Source: Raja brachyura
Lineage: Eukaryota
DNA: 64,000 nucleotides
Assembly (NCBI GenBank): GCA_963514005.1
Contig: OY740808.1
Span: 22,258,001-22,322,000, forward strand
Direction: 5' to 3'
This document shows, piece by piece, positions 62,261 through 64,000 of this stretch; the stretch's first letter is position 1; each line of letters opens with the position of its first letter. The translations under genes were made by a program, and so were the position numbers. The notes under the pieces are model-generated. The model worked only from the letters and a program-made list of their open reading frames with translations, was not told the origin of the DNA and ran no database searches.

Positions 62261-64000
62261 TGTTATTTAGGTTTAGTATAACATTGCTCTTTTTATACTC
62301 TATAGCTCTAATGATGCATCCCTGAATTTGGTATGTCATGTAATCACATTTTCAATTTGGAAACACAAGAGTTTTGGCAACTTGAGCAAAATGCAGTGCT
62401 GGAAGAACTCAATGGGTCAGGCAACATCTGTGGGAGGAATGGACAGGCAACATATCAGGTCGGGGGAAAGCCGGAAAAGAGAGGTGGGAGGAGGACAAAG
62501 CCTTGCAAGTGATAGGTGGATACCAGTGATGAGGGTTGTGTGATTGGCAGATGGATAGAATACATGAACTTGCACGGAAAGTGAGGGTTGTAAGGGCCAG
62601 GAGAACGCGATCCTTGTTCTGTTCTGGTGAAGGGGGAGCAAGAACAGAACTGTGGGAAAAAGACGAGATATGACCTTCCTTCCTCTGGCTTCACAATTCG
62701 CAACTCCTTACCTTATTTTCTCATATCATGTTTTTTTATAAATCACTGGCCTTTGTCCAAGAATCTGCCTATAAAACCCTCTCTCGCCTCTGTCCACCTA
62801 ATACCAGCCATGTTTTGTCCTGCCCCTCCACTCTTCCAGCTTTCTTTCCCGCCCTCCCAATAACCCACCAACCCTCACCCTCACTTGCAATGCTGCCTGA
62901 CCCACTGAGTTACTCCAGCACTTTATGTCTTTATAGAGGAGACACGAGTGTGCAAGAGAGCTCGATCAATGAGATCAAAATCTCCCATAAAGTAAATAAC
63001 AAACTGTGAAATGGCAGAGCCTGAGAATTTCCTGATTGGCCCGTGCCAAAGTAAAGATAAATCATGAGTAGTTTGGTTGCTCGGTCTTGGGCCAGGAGTG
63101 TTACATGGTCAACAGGCTGAAACTGGGTACAAAGTAAATAAATTATCCCACGTAGGAAACAGGAGAATATCTTGGGAGGAATAATGATTCATAACTACGA
63201 CCTTTTAATTAAGCTGTGTAAATCTTTTATGAATGACAGGATATTAATTGTTTCTGCTTTTACCATTGTGCTGACTTGGCTTCTGCACACTGGCTGAATT
63301 ACAACAACAATCAAGCAATAACAGAGTATTGACCTGAAAATTTAACCCTTCCCCTTTCCACCGAAGCTGTATCGCCTTCTGAGCACTACTTCCAGCATTT
63401 TGCATTATGTTTTCTATTACTTTCAATCTCGAGAGCTTTGCACAATTTTAGCATTCACTGGGTAATATCGGATGCCGGAGGTACATAAGCAAGTGAAGCA
63501 AGTACATAAGCATGAGAAATGGATGGAGCATCAGGGGCAAAATTCAAAGTGCTGGAGGAACTCAGTGGGTCAGGCAGCCTCTGTGGAGGAAAATGGGGTC
63601 GGGTCCCTTCTTCAGACCAAGGGAGGGGAGAAAGCTGGTAAAGAGAGGCGAGGGAAAAGGGTGGGGCAGAAGCTGGCAAGTGATGGGGGCGGGGGGGGGG
63701 GGGGGGGGTTGAGGAGAGGAGGGATGAATTGGAGATGGGTGGCAATAGTAACAAATGCTGGCGGTTGAGAACTATATTCTGCATTGTATCTTCTCCTTTG
63801 TTCTATCCATTGTACTTGAGTTTGTCATTATTGTATTTATGTATGGTATATGTGATCTGTTTGGACAGCATGCAAAACAACATTTTTCATTGTACCTCAA
63901 TACACATGACAATAATAAACCTAGTCCTTAACGTAAAGTTCTTGGCTATCGAGGGTCATCAAGCTCTTGAACACCACACAACACTAACATCGCAAACATG

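Overview
Vertebrate genomic window, most likely from a cartilaginous fish such as a skate or ray. This is inferred from abundant HE1-type tRNA/V-domain SINEs together with CR1, Rex/Babar and Penelope-like repeats. One intact protein-coding gene is supported: GAL3ST1 (cerebroside sulfotransferase) on +. Its CDS is 39813-39937 + 47186-48341 (426 aa, phase-2 GT-AG intron), with a probable upstream non-coding exon in a CpG island near 28.85-29.0 kb and possibly a ~6.4-kb 3'UTR. Most of the rest is nested transposon debris plus one assembly gap (6780-6991). Notable observations: (1) a 2.84-kb TIR/8-bp-TSD hAT-like element that splits a SINE and carries host cargo, including a TDP2-like first exon (UBA-like domain) with its splice donor; (2) many Penelope-type minimal hammerhead motifs; (3) a foldback ISL2EU-like element with two inverted THAP-domain arms; (4) a 22-bp VNTR made of ZNF143/THAP11-like motifs just inside the GAL3ST1 coding intron; (5) a possible overlapping uORF and an Arg-rich N-terminal extension for GAL3ST1; (6) candidate micro-exons and long stem-loops upstream. 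All family assignments are from motif recognition and memory, not database searches, and repeat boundaries are approximate.
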